Source: Eledone cirrhosa (taxonomy: Eukaryota). From it: DNA of 64,000 nucleotides. Below are positions 1-14,604 of this stretch, in pieces (positions within the stretch are counted from its first letter, which is position 1; each line of letters opens with the position of its first letter). Location of the stretch: contig OZ024740.1 in assembly GCA_964016885.1 (NCBI GenBank), positions 41,540,001 through 41,604,000 of the forward strand, given 5' to 3'. Under the pieces are notes generated by a model that saw nothing but the letters and a program-made list of their open reading frames with translations, did not search any database and was not told where the DNA came from. Both the position numbers and the translations under genes were made by a program.

Positions 1-1923
1 TAACTCCATATTTCAGATATAACTCCATCTTTCATATATAACTCCCTGTTTCAGATATAACTCCATGTTTCAGATATAACTCCATGTTTCAGACATAACT
101 CCATGTTTCAGATATATCTCCATCTTTCAGATATAACTCCATGTTTCAGATATAACTCCATATTCTAGACATAACTCCATGTTTCAGATATAACTCCATG
201 TTTCAGATATAACTCCATCTTTCAGATATAACTCCATGTTTTCAGATATAACTCCATGTTTCAGATATAACTCCATATTTCAGATATAACTCAACCTTTC
301 AGATATAACTCCATATTTCAGATATAACTCCATCTTTCATATATATCTCCATGTTTCAGATATAACTCCATGTTTCAGATATAACTCCCTGTTTCAGATA
401 TAACTCCATGTAACAGATATAACTCCATGTTTCAGATATAACTCCATCTTTCAGATATAACTCCATGTTTCAGATATAACTCCATGTTTCAGATATAACT
501 CCATGTTTCAGTTATAACTCCATGTTTGAGATATAACTCCATGTTTCAGATATAACTCCATCTTTCAGATATAACTCCATGTTTCAGATATAACTCCATG
601 TTTCAGATATAACTCCATCTTTCAGATATAACTCTATGTTTCAGATATAACTCCATGTTTCACATATAAACCCATCTTTCAGATAACTCCCTGTTTTAGA
701 TATAACTCCATATTTCAGATATTACTCCATGTTTCAGATATAACTCCATCTTTCAGATATAACTCCATGTTTCAGAGACAACTCCATGTTTCAGATATAA
801 CTCCATCTTTCAGATATAACTCAACCTTTCAGATATAACTCCATCTTTCAGATATAACTCCCTCTTTCAGATATAACTCTATCTTTCAGATATAACTCCC
901 TGTTTCAGATATATCTCCATGTTTCAGATATAACTCCATATTTCCGACATAACTCCATCTTTCAGATATAACTCCATGTTTCAGATATAACTCCATCTTT
1001 CAGATATAACTCTATCTTTCAGATATAACTCCATGTTTTCAGATATAACTCCATATTTCAGATATAACTCCATGTTTCAGATATAACTCCATGTTTTCAG
1101 ATATAACTCCATATTTCAGATATAACTCCATCTTTCATATATAACTCCCTGTTGCAGATATAACTCCATCTTTCATATATAACTCCCTGTTTCAGATATA
1201 ACTCCATGTTTCAGATATAACTCCATGTTTCAGACACAACTCCATGTTTCAGATATATCTCCATCTTTCAGATATAACTCCATGTTTCAGATACAACTCC
1301 ATGTTTTCAGATATAACTCCATATTTCAGATATAACTCCATCTTTCATATATAACTCCCTGTTTCAGATATAACTCCCTGTTTCAGATATAACTCCATGT
1401 TTCAGATAGAACTCCATGTTTCAGATATAAGTCCATCTTTCAGATATAACTCAACCTTTCAGATATAACTCCATGTTTCAAATATAACTCCATGTTTCAG
1501 ATATAACTCCATCTTTCAGATATAACTCAATGTTTCAGATATAACTCCAATTTTGAGATATAACTCCATGTTTCATATATAACTCCATGTTTTAGATATA
1601 ACTCCATGTTTCATATATAACTCTATGTTTCAGATATAACTCCATCTTTCAGATATAACTCCATGTTTCACATATAACTCCATGATTTTGATATAACTCC
1701 ATCTTTCAGATATAACTCCCTGTTTCAGATATAACTCCCTGTTTCAGATATAACTCCATCTTTCAGACATAACTCCATGTTTCAGATATATCTCCAACTT
1801 TCAGATATAACTCCATGTTTCAGATATAACTCCATATTTTAGATATAACTCCATGTTTCAGATATAACTCCATGTTTCAGATATAACTCCATGTTTTAAG
1901 ATATAACTCCATGTTTCAGATAC

Positions 1924-4282
1924 AACTCCATGTTTCAGATATAACTCCATCTTTCAGATATAACTCAACCTTACAGATATAACTCGATCTTTCAGATATA
2001 ACTCCCTGTTTCAGATATAACACCATGTTTCAGATATAACTCCCTGTTTCAGATATAACTCCATGTTTCAGATATAACTCCATCTTTCAGATATAACTCC
2101 ATCTTTCAGATATAACTCCATCTTTCAGATATAACTCCATCTTTCAGATATAACTCCATCTTTCAGATATAACTCCATGTTTTAAGATATAACTCCATGT
2201 TTCAGATACAACTCCATGTTTCAGATATAACTCCATCTTTCAGATATAACTCCATGTTTCAGATATAACTCCATCTTTCAGATATAACTCCCTATTTCAG
2301 ATATAACACCATGTTTCAGATATAACTCCCTGTTTCAGATATAACTCCATGTTTCAGATATAACTCCATCTTTCAGATATAACTCCATCTTTCTGATATA
2401 ACTCCCTGTTTCAGATATAACTCCATGTTTCAGATATAACTCCCTGTTTCAGATATAACTCCATGTAACAGATATAACTCCATGTTTCAGATATAACTCC
2501 ATCTTTCAGATATAACTCCATGTTTCAGATATAACTCCATGTTTCAGATATAACTCCATGTTTCAGTTATAACTCCATGTTTGAGATATAACTCCATGTT
2601 TCAGATATAACTCCATCTTTCAGATATAACTCCATATTTCAGATATAACTCCATGTTTCAGATATAACTCCATCTTTCAGATATAACTCCATGTTTCAGA
2701 TATAACTCCATGTTTCACATATAAACCCATCTTTCAGATAACTCCCTGTTTTAGATATAACTCCATATTTCAGATATTACTCCATGTTTCAGATATAACT
2801 CCATCTTTCAGATATAACTCCATCTTTCAGATATAACTCCACGTTTCAGATATAACTCCATCTTTCAGATATAACTCCATGTTTCAGAGACAACTCCATG
2901 TTTCAGATATAACTCCATCTTTCAGATATAACTCAACCTTTCAGATATAACTCCATCTTTCAGATATAACTCCCTCTTTCAGATATAACTCTATCTTTCA
3001 GATATAACTCCCTGTTTCAGATATATCTCCATGTTTCAGATATAACTCCATCTTTCCGACATAACTCCATCTTTCAGATATAACTCCATGTTTCAGATAT
3101 AACTCCATCTTTCAGATATAACTCAACCTTACAGATATAACTCGATCTTTCAGATATAACTCCCTGTTTCAGATATAACACCATGTTTCAGATATAACTC
3201 CCTGTTTCAGATATAACTCCATGTTTCAGATATAACTCCATCTTTCAGATATAACTCCATCTTTCAGATATAACTCCATCTTTCAGATATAACTCCATCT
3301 TTCAGATATAACTCCATCTTTCAGATATAACTCCATGTTTTAAGATATAACTCCATGTTTCAGATACAACTCCATGTTTCAGATATAACTCCATCTTTCA
3401 GATATAACTCCATGTTTCAGATATAACTCCATCTTTCAGATATAACTCCCTATTTCAGATATAACACCATGTTTCAGATATAACTCCCTGTTTCAGATAT
3501 AACTCCATGTTTCAGATATAACTCCATCTTTCAGATATAACTCCATCTTTCTGATATAACTCCCTGTTTCAGATATAACTCCATGTTTCAGATATAACTC
3601 CCTGTTTCAGATATAACTCCATGTAACAGATATAACTCCATGTTTCAGATATAACTCCATCTTTCAGATATAACTCCATGTTTCAGATATAACTCCATGT
3701 TTCAGATATAACTCCATGTTTCAGTTATAACTCCATGTTTGAGATATAACTCCATGTTTCAGATATAACTCCATCTTTCAGATATAACTCCATATTTCAG
3801 ATATAACTCCATGTTTCAGATATAACTCCATCTTTCAGATATAACTCCATGTTTCAGATATAACTCCATGTTTCACATATAAACCCATCTTTCAGATAAC
3901 TCCCTGTTTTAGATATAACTCCATATTTCAGATATTACTCCATGTTTCAGATATAACTCCATCTTTCAGATATAACTCCATCTTTCAGATATAACTCCAC
4001 GTTTCAGATATAACTCCATCTTTCAGATATAACTCCATGTTTCAGAGACAACTCCATGTTTCAGATATAACTCCATCTTTCAGATATAACTCAACCTTTC
4101 AGATATAACTCCATCTTTCAGATATAACTCCCTCTTTCAGATATAACTCTATCTTTCAGATATAACTCCCTGTTTCAGATATATCTCCATGTTTCAGATA
4201 TAACTCCATCTTTCCGACATAACTCCATCTTTCAGATATAACTCCATGTTTCAGATATAACTCCATCTTTCAGATATAACTC
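1924..4282 (+). repeat. Tandem duplication of a 1158-bp (61-monomer) block, 2 copies
   Basis: Rare variants recur at a constant 1158 offset: TTACAG..CTCGATC 1971/3129, TAAG 2183/3341, CTGA 2393/3551. The match breaks at 1923/3081 and 3125/4283. Confidence 0.9.
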
Positions 4283-7200
4283 TATCTTTCAGATATAACT
4301 CCATGTTTTCAGATATAACTCCATATTTCAGATATAACTCCATGTTTCAGATATAACTCCATGTTTTCAGATATAACTCCATATTTCAGATATAACTCCA
4401 TCTTTCATATATAACTCCCTGTTGCAGATATAACTCCATCTTTCATATATAACTCCCTGTTTCAGATATAACTCCATGTTTCAGATATAACTCCATGTTT
4501 CAGACACAACTCCATGTTTCAGATATATCTCCATCTTTCAGATATAACTCCATGTTTCAGATATAACTCCATCTTTCAGATATAACTCCATGTTTTCAGA
4601 TATAACTCCATGTTTCAGATACAACTCCATGTTTCAGATATAACTCCATCTTTCAGATATAACTCAACCTTTCAGATATAACTCCATGTTTCAGATATAA
4701 CTCCATCTTTCATATATAACTCCATGTTTCAGATATAACTCCATGTTTCAGATATAACTCCCTGTTTCAGATATAACTCCATGTATCAGATATAACTCCA
4801 TGTTTCAGATATAACTCCATCTTTCAGATATAACTCCATGTTTCAGATATAACTCCATGTTTCAGATATAACTCAATGTTTCAGATATAACTCCATGTTT
4901 CAGTTATAACTCCATGTTTGAGATATAACTCCATGTATCAGATATAACTCCATCTTTCAGATATAACTCCATGTTTCAGATATAACTCTATCTTTCAGAT
5001 ATAACTCCATGTTTCAGATATAACTCCATATTTCAGATATAACTCCATCTTTCATATATAACTCCATGTTTCAGATATAACTCCATCTTTCAGATATAAC
5101 TCCATGTTTCAGATATAATTCCATGTTTCAGATATAACTCCATCTTTCAGATATAACTCCATGTTTTCAGATATAACTCCATCTTTCAGATACAACTCCA
5201 TGTTTCAGATATAACTCCATCTTTCAGATATAACTCCATCTTTCAGATATAACTCCATGTTTCAGATATAACTCCATCTTTCATATATAACTCCATGTTT
5301 CAGATATAACTCCATGTTTCAGATATAACTCCCTGTTTCAGATATAACTCCATGTATCAGATATAACTCCATGGTTCAGATATAACTCCATCTTTCAGAT
5401 ATAACTCCATGTTTCAGATATAACTCCATGTTTCAGATATAACTCCATGTTTCAGATATAACTCCATGTTTCAGTTATAACTCCATGTTTGAGATATAAC
5501 TCCATGTATCAGATATAACTCCATATTTCAGATATAACTCCATCTTTCATATATAACTCCATGTTTCAGATATAACTCCATCTTTCAGATATAACTCCAT
5601 GTTTCAGATATAACTCCATATTTCAGATATTACTCCATGTTTCAGATGTAACTCCATGTTTCAGATATAACTCCATCTTTCAGATATATCTCTATGATTC
5701 ATATATAACTCCATCTTTCAGATATAACTCCATGTTTCAGATACCACTCCATGTTTCAGATATAACTCCATCTTTCAGATATAACTCCATCTTTCAGATA
5801 TAACTCAACCTTTCAGATATAACTCCATCTTTCAGATATAACTCCATCTTTCAGATATAACTCCATCTTTCAGATATAGCTCCCTGTTTCAGATATAACT
5901 CCATGTTTCAGATATAACTCCCTGTTTCAGATATAACTCCATCTTTCAGATATAACTCCATCTTTCAGATATAACTCCATCTTTCAGATATAACTCCATC
6001 TTTCAGATATAACTCCATCTTTCAGATATAACTCCATGTTTCAGATATAACTCCATCTTTCAGATATAACTCCCTGTTTCAGATATAACTCCATGTTTCA
6101 GATATAACTCCCTGTCTCAGATATAACTCCATGTTTCATATACAACTCCATGTTTCAGATATAACTCCATGTTTCAGATATAACTCTATCTTTCAGATAT
6201 AACTCCATGTTTTCAGATATAACTCCATGTTTCAGATATAACCCCATCTTTCAGATAACTCACTGTTTTAGATATAACTCCATATTTCAGATATTACTCC
6301 ATCTTTCAGATATAACTCCATCTTTCAGATATAACTCCATCTTTCAGATATAACTCCATGTTTCAGATATAACTCCATCTTTCAGATATAACTCCATGTT
6401 TCAGATACAACTCCATGTTTCAGATATAACTCCATCTTTCAGATATAACTCAACCTTTCAGATATAACTCCATCTTTCAGATATAACTCCCTCTTTCAGA
6501 TATAACTCTATCTTTCAGATATAACTCCCTGTTTCAGATATAACTCCATGTTTCAGATATAACTCCATATTTCCGACATAACTCCATCTTTCAGATATAA
6601 CTCCATGTTTCAGATATAACTCCATCTTTCAGATATAACTCCCTGTTTCAGCTATAACTCCATGTTTCAAATATAACTCCATCTTTCAGATATAACTCCC
6701 TGTTTCAGATATAACTCCATGTTTCAGATATAACTCCATGTTTCAGATATAACTCCATCTTTCAGATATAACTCCCTGTTTCAGATATAACTCCATCTTT
6801 CAGATATAACTCCCTCTTTCAGATATAACTCTATCTTTCAGATATAACTCCCTGTTTCAGATATATCTCCATGTTTCAGATATAACTCCATCTTTCCGAC
6901 ATAACTCCATCTTTCAGATATAACTCCATGTTTCAGATATAACTCCATCTTTCAGATATAACTCTATCTTTCAGATATAACTCCATGTTTTCAGATATAA
7001 CTCCATATTTCAGATATAACTCCATGTTTCAGATATAACTCCATGTTTTCAGATATAACTCCATATTTCAGATATAACTCCATCTTTCATATATAACTCC
7101 CTGTTGCAGATATAACTCCATCTTTCATATATAACTCCCTGTTTCAGATATAACTCCATGTTTCAGATATAACTCCATGTTTCAGATATAACTCCATGTT

Positions 7201-9952
7201 TCAGATATAACTCCATCTTTCAGATATAACTCAACCTTTCAGATATAACTCCATCTTTCAGATATAACTCCCTCTTTCAGATATAACTCTATCTTTCAGA
7301 TATAACTCCCTGTTTCAGATATATCTCCATGTTTCAGATATAACTCCATCTTTCCGACATAACTCCATCTTTCAGATATAACTCCATGTTTCAGATATAA
7401 CTCCATCTTTCAGATATAACTCTATCTTTCAGATATAACTCCATGTTTTCAGATATAACTCCATATTTCAGATATAACTCCATGTTTCAGATATAACTCC
7501 ATGTTTTCAGATATAACTCCATATTTCAGATATAACTCCATCTTTCATATATAACTCCCTGTTGCAGATATAACTCCATCTTTCATATATAACTCCCTGT
7601 TTCAGATATAACTCCATGTTTCAGATATAACTCCATGTTTCAGACACAACTCCATGTTTCAGATATATCTCCATCTTTCAGATATAACTCCATGTTTCAG
7701 ATATAACTCCATCTTTCAGATATAACTCCATGTTTTCAGATATAACTCCATGTTTCAGATACAACTCCATGTTTCAGATATAACTCCATCTTTCAGATAT
7801 AACTCAACCTTTCAGATATAACTCCATGTTTCAGATATAACTCCATCTTTCATATATAACTCCATGTTTCAGATATAACTCCATGTTTCAGATATAACTC
7901 CCTGTTTCAGATATAACTCCATGTATCAGATATAACTCCATGTTTCAGATATAACTCCATCTTTCAGATATAACTCCATGTTTCAGATATAACTCCATGT
8001 TTCAGATATAACTCAATGTTTCAGATATAACTCCATGTTTCAGTTATAACTCCATGTTTGAGATATAACTCCATGTATCAGATATAACTCCATCTTTCAG
8101 ATATAACTCCATGTTTCAGATATAACTCTATCTTTCAGATATAACTCCATGTTTCAGATATAACTCCATATTTCAGATATAACTCCATCTTTCATATATA
8201 ACTCCATGTTTCAGATATAACTCCATCTTTCAGATATAACTCCATGTTTCAGATATAATTCCATGTTTCAGATATAACTCCATCTTTCAGATATAACTCC
8301 ATGTTTTCAGATATAACTCCATCTTTCAGATACAACTCCATGTTTCAGATATAACTCCATCTTTCAGATATAACTCAACCTTTCAGATATAACTCCATGT
8401 TTCAGATATAACTCCATCTTTCATATATAACTCCATGTTTCAGATATAACTCCATGTTTCAGATATAACTCCCTGTTTCAGATATAACTCCATGTATCAG
8501 ATATAACTCCATGGTTCAGATATAACTCCATCTTTCAGATATAACTCCATGTTTCAGATATAACTCCATGTTTCAGATATAACTCCATGTTTCAGATATA
8601 ACTCCATGTTTCAGTTATAACTCCATGTTTGAGATATAACTCCATGTATCAGATATAACTCCATATTTCAGATATAACTCCATCTTTCATATATAACTCC
8701 ATGTTTCAGATATAACTCCATCTTTCAGATATAACTCCATGTTTCAGATATAACTCCATATTTCAGATATTACTCCATGTTTCAGATGTAACTCCATGTT
8801 TCAGATATAACTCCATCTTTCAGATATATCTCTATGATTCATATATAACTCCATCTTTCAGATATAACTCCATGTTTCAGATACCACTCCATGTTTCAGA
8901 TATAACTCCATCTTTCAGATATAACTCCATCTTTCAGATATAACTCAACCTTTCAGATATAACTCCATCTTTCAGATATAACTCCATCTTTCAGATATAA
9001 CTCCATCTTTCAGATATAGCTCCCTGTTTCAGATATAACTCCATGTTTCAGATATAACTCCCTGTTTCAGATATAACTCCATCTTTCAGATATAACTCCA
9101 TCTTTCAGATATAACTCCATCTTTCAGATATAACTCCATCTTTCAGATATAACTCCATCTTTCAGATATAACTCCATGTTTCAGATATAACTCCATCTTT
9201 CAGATATAACTCCCTGTTTCAGATATAACTCCATGTTTCAGATATAACTCCCTGTCTCAGATATAACTCCATGTTTCATATACAACTCCATGTTTCAGAT
9301 ATAACTCCATGTTTCAGATATAACTCTATCTTTCAGATATAACTCCATGTTTTCAGATATAACTCCATGTTTCAGATATAACCCCATCTTTCAGATAACT
9401 CACTGTTTTAGATATAACTCCATATTTCAGATATTACTCCATCTTTCAGATATAACTCCATCTTTCAGATATAACTCCATCTTTCAGATATAACTCCATG
9501 TTTCAGATATAACTCCATCTTTCAGATATAACTCCATGTTTCAGATACAACTCCATGTTTCAGATATAACTCCATCTTTCAGATATAACTCAACCTTTCA
9601 GATATAACTCCATCTTTCAGATATAACTCCCTCTTTCAGATATAACTCTATCTTTCAGATATAACTCCCTGTTTCAGATATAACTCCATGTTTCAGATAT
9701 AACTCCATATTTCCGACATAACTCCATCTTTCAGATATAACTCCATGTTTCAGATATAACTCCATCTTTCAGATATAACTCCCTGTTTCAGCTATAACTC
9801 CATGTTTCAAATATAACTCCATCTTTCAGATATAACTCCCTGTTTCAGATATAACTCCATGTTTCAGATATAACTCCATGTTTCAGATATAACTCCATCT
9901 TTCAGATATAACTCCCTGTTTCAGATATAACTCCATCTTTCAGATATAACTC
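4050..9952 (+). repeat. Direct duplication of about 2.76 kb at offset 3140 bp (4050-6812 and 7190-9952)
   Basis: Markers at +3140: CAGACACAAC 4501/7641, ATGGTTCAGA 5371/8511, TCTATGATTC 5691/8831, ATACCACTCC 5741/8881. Confidence 0.9.
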
Positions 9953-11518
9953 TATCTTTCAGATATAACTCCATGTTTTCAGATATAACTCCATGTTTCA
10001 GATATAACTCCATGTTTCAGATATAACTCCATGTTTTCAGATATAACTCCATATTTCAGATATAACTCCATCTTTCATATATAACTCCCTGTTTCAGATA
10101 TAACTCCATCTTTCATATATAACTCCCTGTTTCAGATATAACTCCATGTTTCAGATATAACTCCATGTTTCAGACATAACTCCATGTTTCAGATATATCT
10201 CCATCTTTCAGATATAACTCCATGTTTCAGATATAACTCCATCTTTCAGATATAACTCCATGTTTTCAGATATAACTCCATGTTTCAGATACAACTCCAT
10301 GTTTCAGATATAACTCCATCTTTCAGATATAACTCAACCTTTCAGATATAACTCCATGTTTCAGATATAACTCCATCTTTCATATATAACTCCATGTTTC
10401 AGATATAACTCCATGTTTCAGATATAACTCCCTGTTTCAGATATAACTCCATGTATCAGATATAACTCCATGTTTCAGATATAACTCCATCTTTCAGATA
10501 TAACTCCATGTTTCAGATATAACTCCATGTTTCAGATATAACTCCATGTTTCAGATATAACTCCATGTTTCAGTTATAACTCCATGTTTGAGATATAACT
10601 CCATGTATCAGATATAACTCCATATTTCAGATATAACTCCATCTTTCATATATAACTCCATGTTTCAGATATAACTCCATCTTTCAGATATAACTCCATG
10701 TTTCAGATATAACTCCATATTTCAGATATTACTCCATGTTTCAGATGTAACTCCATGTTTCAGATATAACTCCATCTTTCAGATATATCTCTATGATTCA
10801 TATATAACTCCATCTTTCAGATATAACTCCATGTTTCAGATACAACTCCATGTTTCAGATATAACTCCATCTTTCAGATATAACTCCATCTTTCAGATAT
10901 AACTCAACCTTTCAGATATAACTCCATCTTTCAGATATAACTCCATCTTTCAGATATAACTCCATCTTTCAGATATAGCTCCCTGTTTCAGATATAACTC
11001 CATGTTTCAGATATAACTCCCTGTTTCAGATATAACTCCATGTTTCAGATATAACTCCATCTTTCAGATATAACTCCATCTTTCAGATATAACTCCATCT
11101 TTCAGATATAACTCCATCTTTCAGATATAACTCCATGTTTCACATATAACTCCATCTTTCAGATATAACTCCCTGTTTCAGATATAACTCCATGTTTTCA
11201 GATATAACTCCATGTTTCAGATATAACTCCATGTTTCAGATATAACTCCATGTTTTCAGATATAACTCCATATTTCAGATATAACTCCATCTTTCATATA
11301 TAACTCCCTGTTTCAGATATAACTCCATGTTTCAGATATAACTCCATGTTTCAGACATAACTCCATGTTTCAGATATAACTCCATGTTTCAGATATAACT
11401 CCATCTTTCAGATATAACTCCCTGTTTCAGATATAACTCCATCTTTCAGATATAACTCTATCTTTCAGATATAACTCCATGTTTTCAAATATAACTCCAT
11501 GTTTCAGATATAACTCCC

Positions 11519-14500
11519 TGTTTCAGATATAACTCCATGTTTTCAGATATAACTCCATATTTCAGATATAACTCCATCTTTCATATATAACTACCTGTTT
11601 CAGATATAACTCCACGTTTCAGATATAACTCCATGTTTCAGACATAACTCCATGTTTCAGATATATCTCCATCTTTCAGATATAACTCCATGTTTCAGAT
11701 TTAACTCCATCTTTCAGATATAACTCCATGTTTCAGATATAACTCCATGTTTCAGATATAACTCCATCTTTCAGATATAACTCCATGTTTCAGATATAAC
11801 TCCATGTTTCAGATATAACTCCATCTTTTAGAAAACTCCCTGTTTTAGATATAACTCCATATTTCAGATATTACTCCATGTTTCAGATATAACTCCATCT
11901 TTCATATATAACTCCATGTTTCAGATATAACTCCATCTTTCAGATATAACTCCATGTTTCAGATATAATTCCATGTTTCAGATATAACTCCATCTTTCAG
12001 ATATAACTCCATGTTTTCAGATATAACTCCATGTTTCAGATACAACTCCATGTTTCAGATATAACTCCATATTTCAGATATAACTCAACCTTTCAGATAT
12101 AACTCCATATTTCAGATATAACTCCATCTTTCATATATATCTCCATGTTTCAGATATAACTCCATGTTTCAGATATAACTCCCTGTTTCAGATATAACTC
12201 CATGTAACAGATATAACTCCATGTTTCAGATATAACTCCATCTTTCAGATATAACTCCATGTTTCAGATATAACTCCATGTTTCAGATATAACTCCATGT
12301 TTCAGATATAACTCCATGTTTCAGTTATAACTCCATCTTTCAGATATAACTCCATGTTTCAGATATAACTCCATCTTTCAGATATAACTCCATGTTTCAG
12401 ATATAACTCCATGTTTCAGATATAACTCCATCTTTCAGATATAACTCCATGTTTCAGATATAACTCCATGTTTCAGATATAACCCCATCTTTCAGATAAC
12501 TCACTGTTTTAGATATAACTCCATATTTCAGATATTACTCCATCTTTCAGATATAACTCCATCTTTCAGATATAACTCCATCTTTCAGATATAACTCCAT
12601 GTTTCAGATATAACTCCATCTTTCAGATATAACTCCATGTTTCAGATACAACTCCATGTTTCAGATATAACTCCATCTTTCAGATATAACTAAACCTTTC
12701 AGATATAACTCCATCTTTCAGATATAACTCCCTCTTTCAGATATAACTCTATCTTTCAGATATAACTCCCTGTTTCAGATATAACTCCATGTTTCAGATA
12801 TAACTCCATATTTCCGACATAACTCCATCTTTCAGATATAACTCCATGTTTCAGATATAACTCCATCTTTCAGATATAACTCCCTGTTTCAGCTATAACT
12901 CCATGTTTCAAATATAACTCCATCTTTCAGATATAACTCCCTGTTTCAGATATAACTCCATGTTTCAGATATAACTCCATGTTTCAGATATAACTCCATC
13001 TTTCAGATATAACTCCCTGTTTCAGATATAACTCCATCTTTCAGATATAACTCTATCTTTCAGATATAACTCCATGTTTTCAGATATAACTCCATGTTTC
13101 AGATATAACTCCATGTTTCAGATATAACTCCATGTTTTCAGATATAACTCCATATTTCAGATATAACTCCATCTTTCATATATAACTACCTGTTTCAGAT
13201 ATAACTCCACGTTTCAGATATAACTCCATGTTTCAGACATAACTCCATGTTTCAGATATATCTCCATCTTTCAGATATAACTCCATGTTTCAGATTTAAC
13301 TCCATCTTTCAGATATAACTCCATGTTTCAGATATAACTCCATGTTTCAGATATAACTCCATCTTTCAGATATAACTCCATGTTTCAGATATAACTCCAT
13401 GTTTCAGATATAACTCCATCTTTTAGAAAACTCCCTGTTTTAGATATAACTCCATATTTCAGATATTACTCCATGTTTCAGATATAACTCCATCTTTCAT
13501 ATATAACTCCATGTTTCAGATATAACTCCATCTTTCAGATATAACTCCATGTTTCAGATATAATTCCATGTTTCAGATATAACTCCATCTTTCAGATATA
13601 ACTCCATGTTTTCAGATATAACTCCATGTTTCAGATACAACTCCATGTTTCAGATATAACTCCATATTTCAGATATAACTCAACCTTTCAGATATAACTC
13701 CATATTTCAGATATAACTCCATCTTTCATATATATCTCCATGTTTCAGATATAACTCCATGTTTCAGATATAACTCCCTGTTTCAGATATAACTCCATGT
13801 AACAGATATAACTCCATGTTTCAGATATAACTCCATCTTTCAGATATAACTCCATGTTTCAGATATAACTCCATGTTTCAGATATAACTCCATGTTTCAG
13901 ATATAACTCCATGTTTCAGTTATAACTCCATCTTTCAGATATAACTCCATGTTTCAGATATAACTCCATCTTTCAGATATAACTCCATGTTTCAGATATA
14001 ACTCCATGTTTCAGATATAACTCCATCTTTCAGATATAACTCCATGTTTCAGATATAACTCCATGTTTCAGATATAACCCCATCTTTCAGATAACTCACT
14101 GTTTTAGATATAACTCCATATTTCAGATATTACTCCATCTTTCAGATATAACTCCATCTTTCAGATATAACTCCATCTTTCAGATATAACTCCATGTTTC
14201 AGATATAACTCCATCTTTCAGATATAACTCCATGTTTCAGATACAACTCCATGTTTCAGATATAACTCCATCTTTCAGATATAACTAAACCTTTCAGATA
14301 TAACTCCATCTTTCAGATATAACTCCCTCTTTCAGATATAACTCTATCTTTCAGATATAACTCCCTGTTTCAGATATAACTCCATGTTTCAGATATAACT
14401 CCATATTTCCGACATAACTCCATCTTTCAGATATAACTCCATGTTTCAGATATAACTCCATCTTTCAGATATAACTCCCTGTTTCAGCTATAACTCCATG

Positions 14501-14604
14501 TTTCAAATATAACTCCATCTTTCAGATATAACTCCCTGTTTCAGATATAACTCCATGTTTCAGATATAACTCCATGTTTCAGATATAACTCCATCTTTCA
14601 GATA
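11519..14604 (+). repeat. Tandem duplication at offset 1595 bp (about 84 monomers), copies 11519-13009 and 13114-14604
   Basis: Markers at +1595: CTACC 11591/13186, TTAAC 11701/13296, and the private variant TAAACC 12691/14286. Confidence 0.88.
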
